DNA of 44,549 nt from an uncultured Candidatus Saccharibacteria bacterium (GCA_964367075.1 CAYIWH010000003.1:1-44549); one strand, 5' to 3'. Shown: positions 18,876-29,032, numbered from the stretch's first letter. Notes: a model not told the origin generated them from the sequence alone. Translations and numbers: made by a program.

Positions 18876-21260
18876 ATGTACAAAATATCCAATAAATTTT
18901 TTTATACACTACTCATATTGCCTATTATTGGTGCCTTGTCGCCGTTCTTGTTTGGTCGCAGCGTTTTTTTTCACATCGATTTTATCACGCAGCATTTGCC
19001 GTACTTTTATTTTTTTAAACAATCTATTGTTTCTGGAAACAATTTTTTGTGGAATCCGGATGTTTTTTCCGGCTTTTCCGGATTTGCTAGCTACAATCAC
19101 GTTTTCTTAACGCCGTGGTCTGTTTTTTTATTATATTTTGTTTCGCCATGGACCGCATATGTTTATTCAGTATTTTTTATGTTGGCGCTTATGGGAGTTT
19201 GCATGGCGGCGCTGATGAGGTATATGGGTATTTCGCGATGGGGTGCGGTGACTGGATCAATTGTGTTTGTGTTTAGCCAATGGATGTTGATTTATGATCT
19301 GCCAATCGTAAATACGTTTTATATTTTGCCGCTATTATTTTTGTCGCTGCTTTTATTCTTTAAGCGGAGACACAAATGGATGTTGGTTGTAGGAATGGTG
19401 TCTGTAGGATTGGGGTTGGCGTCGGGGCACTGGCAATTTATGATAGAGATTTTTTCTGCTGCCGGTGTGTTTGCGGTTTATTTGGGTTTGCGCGATACGA
19501 AGTTTTGGCGGGTTCCACTGGCCTATGCGAGCATGATAATCGTCGGCGTGGCGCTCTCTTTGCCGAAATTGATTCCTGCTATCGTTTTTTTACAAAATTC
19601 AGTTCGTAACAGCGGCGTTGGACATGGAGATGCGGTGCGGGCCGGATTTACTCTTTTCGACCCGCTGCGGTTATTTATGCCTTTCGACATTGCTTTTCTT
19701 GGTTTTGCACCGGAACATTTTACGTATGTGGGAGCTATGGTGCCACTGTTGTTTGTTTTGGGGTTTTCTTTCCGCAAAGAGGGGTATGCGAAGTTTTTTT
19801 CCTGGTTTTTCCTGATTGCGCTGGTCTTGAGCGTAAAATATTCTCCCCTGTATTGGGTATTGCATCACGCCCCGATTTTTAACATTACAAGACACGCGGA
19901 GCGTTGGGGATTATTGATGTTTTTTGCCGCCTCGGTGCTGGTGGGATTCGGCGTTGATGTTTTGTGGAACAATTTTGAAAACATAAAGAACAGCGCGCGA
20001 ATAAAGATACTGATACGCATATATGGCACTATGGTTATGGTGGCGACAATGGTCGGATTAGTATCAACGTATCTTGTTCATTTTTATTTTCAATCACTGG
20101 TGTCCAAAGTATATTTTCTATTTGATCGTTATGCGTATTCTAAAACATCCGGCGCTCTGGGTTTGGATTATTATCATGCCTATATACAAAAAAATATTTT
20201 AGACGTCCTTTCAAATTTTGACCTTGTAGATCCGCGATCTTTTTTTGCGCTTATTTTCTTGGTGGGAGCATATTTTTTATGTCGTAGTATCGCTCGTAGC
20301 AAGCATATCACGCGCAGTCGGGTTGCGCTGTTTGTTGTCGCCAATATTGTGCTTGTATTTCCGTTTTTAGGCCGGACCGTATCTATCCAAGCTTTAACCG
20401 ATAAGCCAATGACCGCGTCTGTGTTGCACAACACCGAACAAACGAAAGTATTTGATTTTCTGGTGCGCAAGGGAACATATGAGCAGATAGAATTGCCGTG
20501 GCGCGATGTTCAGGGACAATCTTTGTACAATGTGTTGACGCGTTATTATGTCGCGGCCGCTTATCCCAACACCGGCATATTAAACGGTTTTCGTTCGGCG
20601 GCGCTTTACGATACGATCATGGCACGTCCGATGGCACGGTTGCTTGCGTACATTGGCAGCGAACGAAGCGAATTTAGAGGTGACAAGCTATCAGGTCTTC
20701 CGGTTTCCACTGAAGAAAAAATGAATCTTTTGGATTCCCGTATTGCTTTGGTGCGATTTTTGGGAATCACACATATTACGACGCCATATGAATTTACCGA
20801 CACGTCGCCGTTTCATAAAATTTTACAACAATCATTTCCAAACAACGGAAGCAATCTTTTTGTATACGAGATTTTGAATTCCCGTCCGCGGTATTATTTT
20901 ACCGATGAGACATGGCTGATAGATATGGATAACAATGCGACCGATCCGGCGGTGTTGCAAAGTATCATTGAAGCTCACGCGCCAGTCATCACTCAACGGG
21001 GCATTGTTGCGGCAAAGCAAAAAAATACTGAAATGTATTTTGAAACGGATCGCGAACAAGAACAGTTATTGGTAGTATCTCAAAATAATCTGCCTGGTTG
21101 GCGTGCCTGGATAGACGGTGCAGAGATACCGATCCATACATTTGGCACCGTATTTCAGGCGTTGTACGTACCTCCAGGTAAGCACGTTGTCGTATTGCGA
21201 TACGAGTACTCGGAGATTATAAAATATTTTTTCAAAAATAATTTCGGCATTACATTATGA
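18876..21260 (+). CDS. YfhO-family (GT-C fold) membrane protein, paralog 3
   Basis: LWNPDVFSGF, SGHWQF, DYYHAYI, MARLLAYIGS, SQNNLPGWRAWIDG...VPPGKH; homologous but diverged C-terminus. Confidence 0.85.
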   Translation: MYKISNKFFYTLLILPIIGALSPFLFGRSVFFHIDFITQHLPYFYFFKQSIVSGNNFLWNPDVFSGFSGFASYNHVFLTPWSVFLLYFVSPWTAYVYSVFFMLALMGVCMAALMRYMGISRWGAVTGSIVFVFSQWMLIYDLPIVNTFYILPLLFLSLLLFFKRRHKWMLVVGMVSVGLGLASGHWQFMIEIFSAAGVFAVYLGLRDTKFWRVPLAYASMIIVGVALSLPKLIPAIVFLQNSVRNSGVGHGDAVRAGFTLFDPLRLFMPFDIAFLGFAPEHFTYVGAMVPLLFVLGFSFRKEGYAKFFSWFFLIALVLSVKYSPLYWVLHHAPIFNITRHAERWGLLMFFAASVLVGFGVDVLWNNFENIKNSARIKILIRIYGTMVMVATMVGLVSTYLVHFYFQSLVSKVYFLFDRYAYSKTSGALGLDYYHAYIQKNILDVLSNFDLVDPRSFFALIFLVGAYFLCRSIARSKHITRSRVALFVVANIVLVFPFLGRTVSIQALTDKPMTASVLHNTEQTKVFDFLVRKGTYEQIELPWRDVQGQSLYNVLTRYYVAAAYPNTGILNGFRSAALYDTIMARPMARLLAYIGSERSEFRGDKLSGLPVSTEEKMNLLDSRIALVRFLGITHITTPYEFTDTSPFHKILQQSFPNNGSNLFVYEILNSRPRYYFTDETWLIDMDNNATDPAVLQSIIEAHAPVITQRGIVAAKQKNTEMYFETDREQEQLLVVSQNNLPGWRAWIDGAEIPIHTFGTVFQALYVPPGKHVVVLRYEYSEIIKYFFKNNFGITL

Positions 21261-22366
21261 AAAAAATACTTTTTTCCATCGGACGCCTAAGTGTCGGGGG
21301 CGCGGAGAAGCTTTTGATGTATAAATTGAAACATCTTAATACTGATCTTTTTGAGCCGCGCCTGTTGACATTGTTTCCAGAAACTCAGGAAAGTCTTGCA
21401 GATTTGTTGCCGATGTCCCCATCTTTGTGGCGTCATGCGAATTTTCGTGGAACGTTTGATGTGATGGCATTTTTTCGTTTGTGGCGATGGTTGCGCAAGG
21501 AACGATTCGACGTCGTGGTTACTGAACTTTTTTCAGCGAATTTGATAGTCAGGGCAGCGACACTATTGGTGCATCCTCGACCGGTATTGATTAGCTATGA
21601 ACACAATTTGTATCCGGACAAGTCTCGATGGCAGATTTGTACGGACCGCTTTTTGTCGCTCTTTACGGCGCGCATTATTGTTGACGCATCATCAGTAAAA
21701 ACATTTACCGCAAAACAAGAGAGCATTCCCGAAGAAAAATTTGTCATACAATACCATCCACCGCTTATTTTTGATGAGCCGGCGTATACGCGCGAGGAAT
21801 TACTGCGGAAATTCAACATTGCGACTAATGCGAAAATAATTTTAACGGTAAGCCGTCTCGTGCCGGAAAAAGGACACGAATATTTGATGCGTGCGGCATC
21901 CGAAGTCATCAAAAAATATCCTCGTGCATATTTTTTGATTGTGGGATGGGGTCAGCTATCGGAGCGTCTTGCCGTCGTCAATCGTGAATTTCATACAGAA
22001 AAAAATATCATTTTAACCGGCCGCATGGATATAAAAGATGTATTGCCGTACGCCGATATTTATGTAGAGCCGGCGCTTATCGTGGATGTAGGTATAGCGA
22101 CACTGGAAGCAATGAAATTGGGCAAGCCCATCGTTTCTACGAATGTCGGTGATATGCCGATTTTTGTTAAAGAAAACAAAAATGGTTTTTTGGTGTCGCC
22201 TCACGACGTATTTGCCTTGACCGAACGTATTGTCACGCTACTTGTTCAGCCAGAATTGCGATCAAGCATGGGAGCGTATTCGACAAAAATAGTAGCGCAA
22301 CATACCATTGCGGCTTATACGCGGGCATTTGAATCGTTGGTACTTGCTGTTGCTGAAACGCGGTAA
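21257..22366 (+). CDS. GT4 glycosyltransferase
   Basis: GGAEKL, EHN, VSRLVPEKGH, LEAMKLGKPIVSTNVG. Confidence 0.88.
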   Translation: MKKILFSIGRLSVGGAEKLLMYKLKHLNTDLFEPRLLTLFPETQESLADLLPMSPSLWRHANFRGTFDVMAFFRLWRWLRKERFDVVVTELFSANLIVRAATLLVHPRPVLISYEHNLYPDKSRWQICTDRFLSLFTARIIVDASSVKTFTAKQESIPEEKFVIQYHPPLIFDEPAYTREELLRKFNIATNAKIILTVSRLVPEKGHEYLMRAASEVIKKYPRAYFLIVGWGQLSERLAVVNREFHTEKNIILTGRMDIKDVLPYADIYVEPALIVDVGIATLEAMKLGKPIVSTNVGDMPIFVKENKNGFLVSPHDVFALTERIVTLLVQPELRSSMGAYSTKIVAQHTIAAYTRAFESLVLAVAETR

Positions 22367-22397
22367 TAGTTATATATTACAAAGTATAATATTATAT

Positions 22398-23372
22398 ATG
22401 ATGTTAACCGATAAAAAAATTTCGATTGTTATTGTATGTTACAATGATGCAGGCTCGGTGAAAGAGATGTATCGTAGGGTGACGAAGGTTATGAAGCAAA
22501 TCACCCCAAATTATGAAATTGTTTATGTCAACGACAAAAGTCCGGACAACGCTCTGGATATATTGCGCGAAATCGCGTCCCATGACAAACGCTTGATTGT
22601 CATGAGTCACTCGCGCAATTTTGGTGGGCAGGCCGCATACGCTTCAGGCTTGCGTTATGTGACGGGAGACGCCGTCATTACGCTGGACGGCGATATCCAA
22701 GATCCGCCAGAGCTTTTCCCCGAACTTATTAAACGATGGCTAGAAGGGTATAAGGTTGTTTACGGTATTCGGGAGAGGCGTGAAGAAGGAAATGCTATTC
22801 GAGGATTTTTTTATAAAGCTTTTTACAGAGTTTTTCGAAAGCTTTCTAATATCATGCCACTTGACGCCAGTGATTTTGCATTGATAGATCGCGAAGCTCT
22901 GGATGTTTTAAATTCGATGCCAGAGGTGGATCGATATATGCGTGCTATGCGCGCCTTCGTCGGTTTTAAGAGCATAGGAATTCCATATACACACATGGAA
23001 CGTTTTGCTGGCAAGACCAATTTTAATTTTTTTGGTTATATACGTTTTGCCAAGGGTCTTATTTTTTCATTTTCAAAAAGACCCATTGAATGGATTTTTC
23101 ATCTTGCCCTTGGTGTTGGCGCGTTGTCTGTAGCATCAATTTTTTTTTATATCTTTTCAGCGATCTTTGTATCTGCCCCATCGTTGTCCGTAACGATCTT
23201 AGTTGTAGCGCTTTTTTTAGGAGCGATACAGATGTTTTCCCTTTCGATTATCGCGGAATATTTGCTTCGCACATTTGATGAGACAAAGCATCGCCCATCC
23301 GCAATAATTGACGAGATCATCAACGACTACAGAGATTATAAAAGAAAAACGAGAAATGGCACAAACATATGA
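22398..23372 (+). CDS. GtrB-like GT2 bactoprenol glycosyltransferase with two C-terminal TMs
   Basis: NDKSPDN, HSRNFGGQAA, LDGDIQDPPE, GYKVVYG, DASDFALIDR, ETKHRP; start ATG 22398. Confidence 0.9.
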   Translation: MMLTDKKISIVIVCYNDAGSVKEMYRRVTKVMKQITPNYEIVYVNDKSPDNALDILREIASHDKRLIVMSHSRNFGGQAAYASGLRYVTGDAVITLDGDIQDPPELFPELIKRWLEGYKVVYGIRERREEGNAIRGFFYKAFYRVFRKLSNIMPLDASDFALIDREALDVLNSMPEVDRYMRAMRAFVGFKSIGIPYTHMERFAGKTNFNFFGYIRFAKGLIFSFSKRPIEWIFHLALGVGALSVASIFFYIFSAIFVSAPSLSVTILVVALFLGAIQMFSLSIIAEYLLRTFDETKHRPSAIIDEIINDYRDYKRKTRNGTNI

Positions 23373-24109
23373 AGGTTTTTATAACTGGTGTTTCTTCAAA
23401 GATCGGAATGGCGCTTGCTCATGAACTTTTGCGCCAAGATCATGAAGTATGGGGGGTAGCACGGACCAAAGATTTTTTAAAAGAATTTTTGTCAAAACAG
23501 AAAATGGATGAGCACTTTTCCTTTTCTGTATGTGACATTACAAAATCGGAAGACATAATAAGAGTGGGTGAAGAAATGATGGAGGCTAAATTTTTGCCTG
23601 ACACAGTAATTTTTGGGTCAGGAATTTTAGAGTTTGACATTATCCCAGAATTTAATTATGAGGCATTTGTTCGCATGCATTTGACTAATTGTTTGGGCGC
23701 GCTCTCATGGGTCAACTGGTTTTTGCCTTATTTTAAAAAACGAGGCCATGGTGTTTTTGTAGCGATTGCTTCTACTCAAATATTCCATTCTAACAATATG
23801 AGTGCTGGATATGCTGCGAGCAAGGTAGCACTTGCTATAGCGTTTCGAAATTTGCGAATTCGCTATGCACAAGAAAACATTTTTTTTACCAATGTTTATT
23901 TTGGTCCAGTTATTACCAAAAAAAACCCAATTAAGAAAAATTTTTTTGTGCAAGAACCTCGCAGTGTTGTGCCTTGTATTATTAGAGCCTTGTCAGGCAG
24001 GCGGGCAGGGTATTATAAACCATTTTTTCTTAAGCCAATTCTTGTTTTGAGCTTATTATTTCCCGATAGATTCATGATTACAATATTAGAATATTTGCGA
24101 CGTGAATAA
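23369..24109 (+). CDS. Short-chain dehydrogenase/reductase
   Basis: VFITGVSSKIG Rossmann motif and YAASK catalytic motif. Confidence 0.85.
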   Translation: MKVFITGVSSKIGMALAHELLRQDHEVWGVARTKDFLKEFLSKQKMDEHFSFSVCDITKSEDIIRVGEEMMEAKFLPDTVIFGSGILEFDIIPEFNYEAFVRMHLTNCLGALSWVNWFLPYFKKRGHGVFVAIASTQIFHSNNMSAGYAASKVALAIAFRNLRIRYAQENIFFTNVYFGPVITKKNPIKKNFFVQEPRSVVPCIIRALSGRRAGYYKPFFLKPILVLSLLFPDRFMITILEYLRRE

Positions 24110-24115
24110 AATTAT

Positions 24116-24781
24116 ATGATAACTAAAGATGAGATAGGAAAGGGTTATGACAAAATTGCTGAGAAAATTTATGTTTCAGACGATTTTTATAATGAAGTAT
24201 TAGATATTGAACCAAATTTCAAGGGGGATATTTTGGAGGCGGGAGTTGGGCAAGGAGTAGTCTTGGACAATATTACTCATCGTGGAGATAAAAATATACA
24301 TTCATTGACCGGCATTGATTTGTCTGATCGTCTGCTAGAAATGGCACGTATTCTTTTGCCACAAGCAGCTATTCTTAAGGCAGATATTGAAAGAATGCCA
24401 TTTGATGATGCCTCGTTTGATTTTGTGATTATGGTTGATACGTTTCAATATTTGCAAGATTTTGAATCTGCTCTTTGTGAAGTACGGCGTGTTTTGCGTT
24501 CCGATGGTAAATTTATTGTGACGGTTCCCAATAAAAAATGGATTTTGTTTAAATCCTATATTACTCTACGCAAAAATATTCAGCCTGTTGAAGATTATTT
24601 TTTTGATTTTGATGAAATGAAAAATTTGCTTACATCTCATGGTTTTAAAATTATCAATTATCGTGGAGCGGATGCACTTCGTTTTTATGGGCGTCGACAT
24701 CAATGGGAACGCATTCTTGCGCACTTTCTACCATTTCTTCATAAGCGGATGAAAAAGATTGTGTTTCGTTGTACGATGTAA
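24116..24781 (+). CDS. Class I SAM-dependent methyltransferase
   Basis: LEAGVGQG, GIDLS, MPFDDASFD, RRVLRSDG, TVPN. Confidence 0.88.
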   Translation: MITKDEIGKGYDKIAEKIYVSDDFYNEVLDIEPNFKGDILEAGVGQGVVLDNITHRGDKNIHSLTGIDLSDRLLEMARILLPQAAILKADIERMPFDDASFDFVIMVDTFQYLQDFESALCEVRRVLRSDGKFIVTVPNKKWILFKSYITLRKNIQPVEDYFFDFDEMKNLLTSHGFKIINYRGADALRFYGRRHQWERILAHFLPFLHKRMKKIVFRCTM

Positions 24782-24783
24782 CT

Positions 24784-25374
24784 ATGTTGCTGGCAGAACA
24801 AATTTATACAAAAGCAGGGAGGGTAATCCAATTCGAACCAACAAAAAAGGTTATAAATTTAGGTTGCGGTAATCAAAAATATCCTGGAGTGTTGGGCTTG
24901 GACGCGCTTTCAAATTCAGCGGCTGATATTGTTCATGATTTAAACAAATTTCCATGGCCCATAGACGAATCGAATCTTAATGTTGTTCTTTGTTTTCAAA
25001 CACTTGAGCATCTTGAAGATTTGCCACGCGTGATGGAAGAATTGTACCGCATTTGTAAAAATGGCGCACGCATAGTCATAGAAGTTCCTTATTTTCGTTC
25101 GGTGGGGGCGTTTGCCGACCCGACTCACCGACACTTTTTTACCACAAAAACAATGGATTATTTTTGTGTTAATCGTTCACGAGACACGTTTGGATACAGC
25201 AAGGCATCCCTTTTGCTTATAGATTTTTGGGTCGGATGGCCAACAAGTCGCAACATCTTCATGCATTTTTTTAAAACATTTATAAAAAAATATCATATTT
25301 TTTATGATAAATATGTATCTCTCTTATTTCCTGCGCCTATTTTAGTTTTTGAATTAGAGGTTCAAAAACGATAA
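24784..25374 (+). CDS. Methyltransferase type 11 domain protein
   Basis: INLGCG, DIVHDLNKFPWP, LEHL, EVPYFRS..AFADPTHRHFF; start ATG 24784. Confidence 0.85.
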   Translation: MLLAEQIYTKAGRVIQFEPTKKVINLGCGNQKYPGVLGLDALSNSAADIVHDLNKFPWPIDESNLNVVLCFQTLEHLEDLPRVMEELYRICKNGARIVIEVPYFRSVGAFADPTHRHFFTTKTMDYFCVNRSRDTFGYSKASLLLIDFWVGWPTSRNIFMHFFKTFIKKYHIFYDKYVSLLFPAPILVFELEVQKR

Positions 25375-25456
25375 GATGTGTTGATCTTGTTTTTGCCAAA
25401 AGATAAAACCTTTGGTTTAATACGCTAGTTATAGAGAATAAACTTATTATATTATT

Positions 25457-25933
25457 ATGCTAAAACAATCGACTCTGACGACCAAAGAAATCCAACAATT
25501 AGTTCGATTGCTGGGGAAGCTTACATGGCCGGTGCCATATCCAGTTTTTTTGGCAATTTGTAAATCGATTCCCATTATAGCAATAGATATGGCAATAATG
25601 CCCGATCCAGATCACATTTTGCTCGCATATCGAGATGACGATTTTTATAAGGGATGGCATATCCCAGGTAGTATTTTGCGTTACGGAGACTCCATCTTAA
25701 AAGCTCAAAATCGTATTGCACTGGGAGAGCTTGGTTTGACTGTATCGCGTGTTCGGTTTTCAACTTATTTTTACTTGCAAGATCATCGCGAAGAAGGTAT
25801 CACATTGTTGTTTATTGCGAAACCACTCGGTAAACCAAAAGACGGCACCTATTTTCCGCTCACCAAAATGCCCAAAGATTTTTTAAAGGTCCAGCAACCA
25901 GAAATTGATTATCTAAAAAAACATCGCATATGA
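25457..25933 (+). CDS. NUDIX hydrolase, GDP-mannose mannosyl hydrolase (Gmm/WcaH)-like
   Basis: PIIAIDMAI and WHIPGSILRYGDSILKAQNRIALGELGL, a modified Nudix box ending in ELGL. Confidence 0.7.
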   Translation: MLKQSTLTTKEIQQLVRLLGKLTWPVPYPVFLAICKSIPIIAIDMAIMPDPDHILLAYRDDDFYKGWHIPGSILRYGDSILKAQNRIALGELGLTVSRVRFSTYFYLQDHREEGITLLFIAKPLGKPKDGTYFPLTKMPKDFLKVQQPEIDYLKKHRI

Positions 25934-27003
25934 AAAAAATCGCTGTTGTAGGGGGAGGGCTCTTTGGGGTTATTTCTGCGGTACGTTTGGCAGAAGCGGG
26001 TTACACCGTGGATCTTTTTGAAAAATCACACGATATTTTGCAGGCCGCTTCCGGGATCAACCAATATCGCATTCATCGTGGGTATCATTACCCCCGGAGT
26101 TCAGATACTATTATATCTTCTTTGCGCACGGAAGAAGCTTTTCGAAAAGAATTTGCGGATGCGATAATCGATAATTCAGAACATTATTATTGTATTCCCA
26201 AAGAAGGAAGTTATGTTTCCCCAGATGAATACAAAGCAGTATGCACGAAACACGGACTTGAATTTATTGAAGAGAAACACGAAATGTTTGATTATAATTA
26301 TGCAGCAATATCTATTCGTGTCAAAGAATGTTTAGTGGATCCCGACAAGCTTCGTGAGCTTTGTTGGAAGAAATTAAAAGAATCAACTATTGGTGTTCGT
26401 TTGAACACTGAAGCAATCAAAGAAATTTTGATTCCGTATGACAAGGTGATTATTGCGGCATACGCCGACACAAACACCATATTGCAAAATCTTGTCCCCG
26501 AAGCAGAGCAAGATTATCAATTTAAGATTGCGGAAAAACCAGTGTTGCGACTCCCAAAATCACTTCTCAATAAAAGTATTGTATTTGTTGATGGTCCATT
26601 TTGGTGCTTAGATCGATTTGGTAATACAGGGCTATATGTCATGGGCAATGTAATTCATTCGGTACACCATCAAAGTGTTGGAAAGTATCCAGAAATTCCT
26701 GAATACTTAAAACTGTTATTAAACCGCGGTATTGTTAAAAATCCTCCCGTAACCCATATTGATCAATTTTTGGCTATGGCAAGTCGTTTTGTACCAGAGT
26801 TAGCGAAAGCAGAGTATATGGGTTCTATGTTTACGATTCGTACTACACTTCCACATCAAGAAAGGACCGATCGCCGGCCCACGGTGGTAACAAAAATAAA
26901 TGATCGCGTCATTACCATTTTTTCTGGAAAACTAAGTCATTGTGTCGAGGCGGCGGATACCGTGCTTCACATGGTACAAGAAAAAACGATTCAGGAAATT
27001 TAG
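25930..27003 (+). CDS. FAD-dependent oxidoreductase (DAO-like)
   Basis: VVGGGLFG...FEK, ASGINQYRIHRGYHYPRS, C-terminal FSGK. Confidence 0.82.
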   Translation: MKKIAVVGGGLFGVISAVRLAEAGYTVDLFEKSHDILQAASGINQYRIHRGYHYPRSSDTIISSLRTEEAFRKEFADAIIDNSEHYYCIPKEGSYVSPDEYKAVCTKHGLEFIEEKHEMFDYNYAAISIRVKECLVDPDKLRELCWKKLKESTIGVRLNTEAIKEILIPYDKVIIAAYADTNTILQNLVPEAEQDYQFKIAEKPVLRLPKSLLNKSIVFVDGPFWCLDRFGNTGLYVMGNVIHSVHHQSVGKYPEIPEYLKLLLNRGIVKNPPVTHIDQFLAMASRFVPELAKAEYMGSMFTIRTTLPHQERTDRRPTVVTKINDRVITIFSGKLSHCVEAADTVLHMVQEKTIQEI

Positions 27004-27828
27004 TTATTTTAATTTACTCCACACTTCTATCACACGAGCTCCAAATGAGCCATCGGATTTTTCTTTGATTGTGCGCAAAAACGCGCCACATTCAATTCCA
27101 AGCGCGGCATTTTTTGATTCGAAGATTTCTTTGAATAGATTATTTTTTTTATCGAGTTTTAAAAGAATGTCATTTTCCCAAAGATAAATATTTTGTTTTT
27201 TTGTTATAAATGTCATTGCTTTTCGTTTAATTGATGAAGCGCGGTTGATATTCACGGTTGCTTTTCTATTTTTGGAAAAGAAAAATTCTGCTGACAAAAT
27301 ATCACCAGAACCTATCACTGTTTTTTTATAAAGAAGCTTCAAGTGTATAGGTTTGCTCCATAGTGTTAACAAAAGTGCAACATCATGAACCAATAAATTC
27401 CATTTGATGTCTTCATGAAATGACCCAAGTTTGTGCCATTCAAAGTGTGTTGAAATAATTGGGTCACGTTTGTTAATTTCTTTTATTTTTTCAAAAATGG
27501 GGTGATATAAAAATGTATGACCAATAAAGAGTGATCGTTTTTGTTTTTGTGCAAGTTTTACCAGTGCTCGGGCTTGCGATACGTTATCAGTCATCGGTTT
27601 TTCCAGAAAAACATGCTTGCCTGCCAAAAGTGCACGGCGTGCAATTGAAAAATGCGTTTTAATGGGTGTCGCAACAACGACCGCTTCTACATAGTGGTCT
27701 TTTAAAGCACGCGAAAGTTTTAAATCTTTTTTGCCAAAGGCATAAGCGACATGTGCGACCGTTTTAAATTCCCGGAGCAAATTCTTACCCTGGCGACCAA
27801 TACCAATAATTGCGATTGAATACTTCAT
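27004..27828 (-). CDS. Gfo/Idh/MocA NAD(P)-dependent oxidoreductase
   Basis: IIGIGRQG, ATPIKTH, GKHVFLEKPM, IGHTFLYHP, LLVHD. Confidence 0.88.
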   Translation of the reverse strand: MKYSIAIIGIGRQGKNLLREFKTVAHVAYAFGKKDLKLSRALKDHYVEAVVVATPIKTHFSIARRALLAGKHVFLEKPMTDNVSQARALVKLAQKQKRSLFIGHTFLYHPIFEKIKEINKRDPIISTHFEWHKLGSFHEDIKWNLLVHDVALLLTLWSKPIHLKLLYKKTVIGSGDILSAEFFFSKNRKATVNINRASSIKRKAMTFITKKQNIYLWENDILLKLDKKNNLFKEIFESKNAALGIECGAFLRTIKEKSDGSFGARVIEVWSKLK

Positions 27829-27898
27829 AGGTATTTACTATAATAACGTATTGATACCGTTTGTTACAGTAATACTTTTGTTATTGTTATATAAAAAA

Positions 27899-29032
27899 AT
27901 GAAAATACCGTTATTTAGACCAAATTTAGGAAAAGAAGAATTGCACAACCTTGCGGAAATCTTTAAAACAGGTTGGGTTGGTTTGGGTCCAAAAACAAAA
28001 GAATTGGAAGAGCGGATGGCAGAGTTTATTGGAACCAAATATGCCATTGGGGTGACTTCAGGCACTGCCGCACTTCATATCGCGGTTCAAGCTCTAGGTA
28101 TTAAAAAAGGGGACGAAGTAGTTGTCCCTGCGATTACAGTTGTTTCTACGCCATACGCCGCACTCTACAATGGCGCAACACCGGTGTTTGTTGATGTAGA
28201 ATCTGATACTCTTTGTTTGGATCCTGTTGATTTTGAGCGAAAGATAACTCGTCGTACTCGTGCGGTGATTCCTGTACATTTGGGTGGACATGCGTGTGAC
28301 ATGGACGCGATTATGAAGATTGCACGTAAACATAAGATTTTTGTGATAGAGGATTGCGCCAACGCTCTCGGTGCTCGATATAAAAATAAAATGGTAGGCT
28401 CTATAGGCAACATTGGCTGCTTCAGTTTCGAGGCAAAGAAGAATATGACAACCGGAGACGGAGGTATGCTTACCACTAACAATAAAAAGTACGCAGAGTT
28501 GTTAAAAGCATTACGATGGTATGGATCCGCTGGTGATACGTGGAAACGTTTCGCAGGGAATAATAATTATTCATGGCGATACGATGTGGAATATTTAGGA
28601 TGGAAATACAACATGAACGATATTCTTGCATCCATAGGTTTGGCGCAATTTAAAAAATTACCCAATGTTTTAAAGAAAAAAGATATTATTCGTGCGCGTT
28701 ACAATAAAGCATTGCAGGGTTTCCGGTGGCTTGAAATTACACACGATCGACCGGAAACCAAGAGTGGATGGTGGCTATATGTGGCACGTGTCAAAGGTGG
28801 GTTGCGCGACAAATTTATTGAGCATATGGGGAAACACGGAGTTACGACTTCAGTGCATTTTCCGCCTGTTTACCAACATACTTTCTTTAAAAAAATAGGG
28901 ACACACGCACATTGTCCGGTTGCTGATTACGCGGGGAAAGAAATTGTATCCCTTCCACTTTTTGGCACGATGTCAGATAAAGAATTTAACTACGTTATTA
29001 AAATCATCAAGGGATTTGACAAAATTATATAA
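27899..29032 (+). CDS. DegT/DnrJ/EryC1/StrS sugar aminotransferase
   Basis: TSGTAALH, PVHLGG, IEDCAN, FSFEAKKNMTTGDGG (Lys retained), GWKYNM; start ATG 27899. Confidence 0.92.
   Translation: MKIPLFRPNLGKEELHNLAEIFKTGWVGLGPKTKELEERMAEFIGTKYAIGVTSGTAALHIAVQALGIKKGDEVVVPAITVVSTPYAALYNGATPVFVDVESDTLCLDPVDFERKITRRTRAVIPVHLGGHACDMDAIMKIARKHKIFVIEDCANALGARYKNKMVGSIGNIGCFSFEAKKNMTTGDGGMLTTNNKKYAELLKALRWYGSAGDTWKRFAGNNNYSWRYDVEYLGWKYNMNDILASIGLAQFKKLPNVLKKKDIIRARYNKALQGFRWLEITHDRPETKSGWWLYVARVKGGLRDKFIEHMGKHGVTTSVHFPPVYQHTFFKKIGTHAHCPVADYAGKEIVSLPLFGTMSDKEFNYVIKIIKGFDKII

Noticed and set aside
23369-24109. DprE2-like assignment for the SDR
   Set aside because: No DprE1-type oxidase or UbiA-family phosphoribosyltransferase in the window; motifs support only a generic SDR
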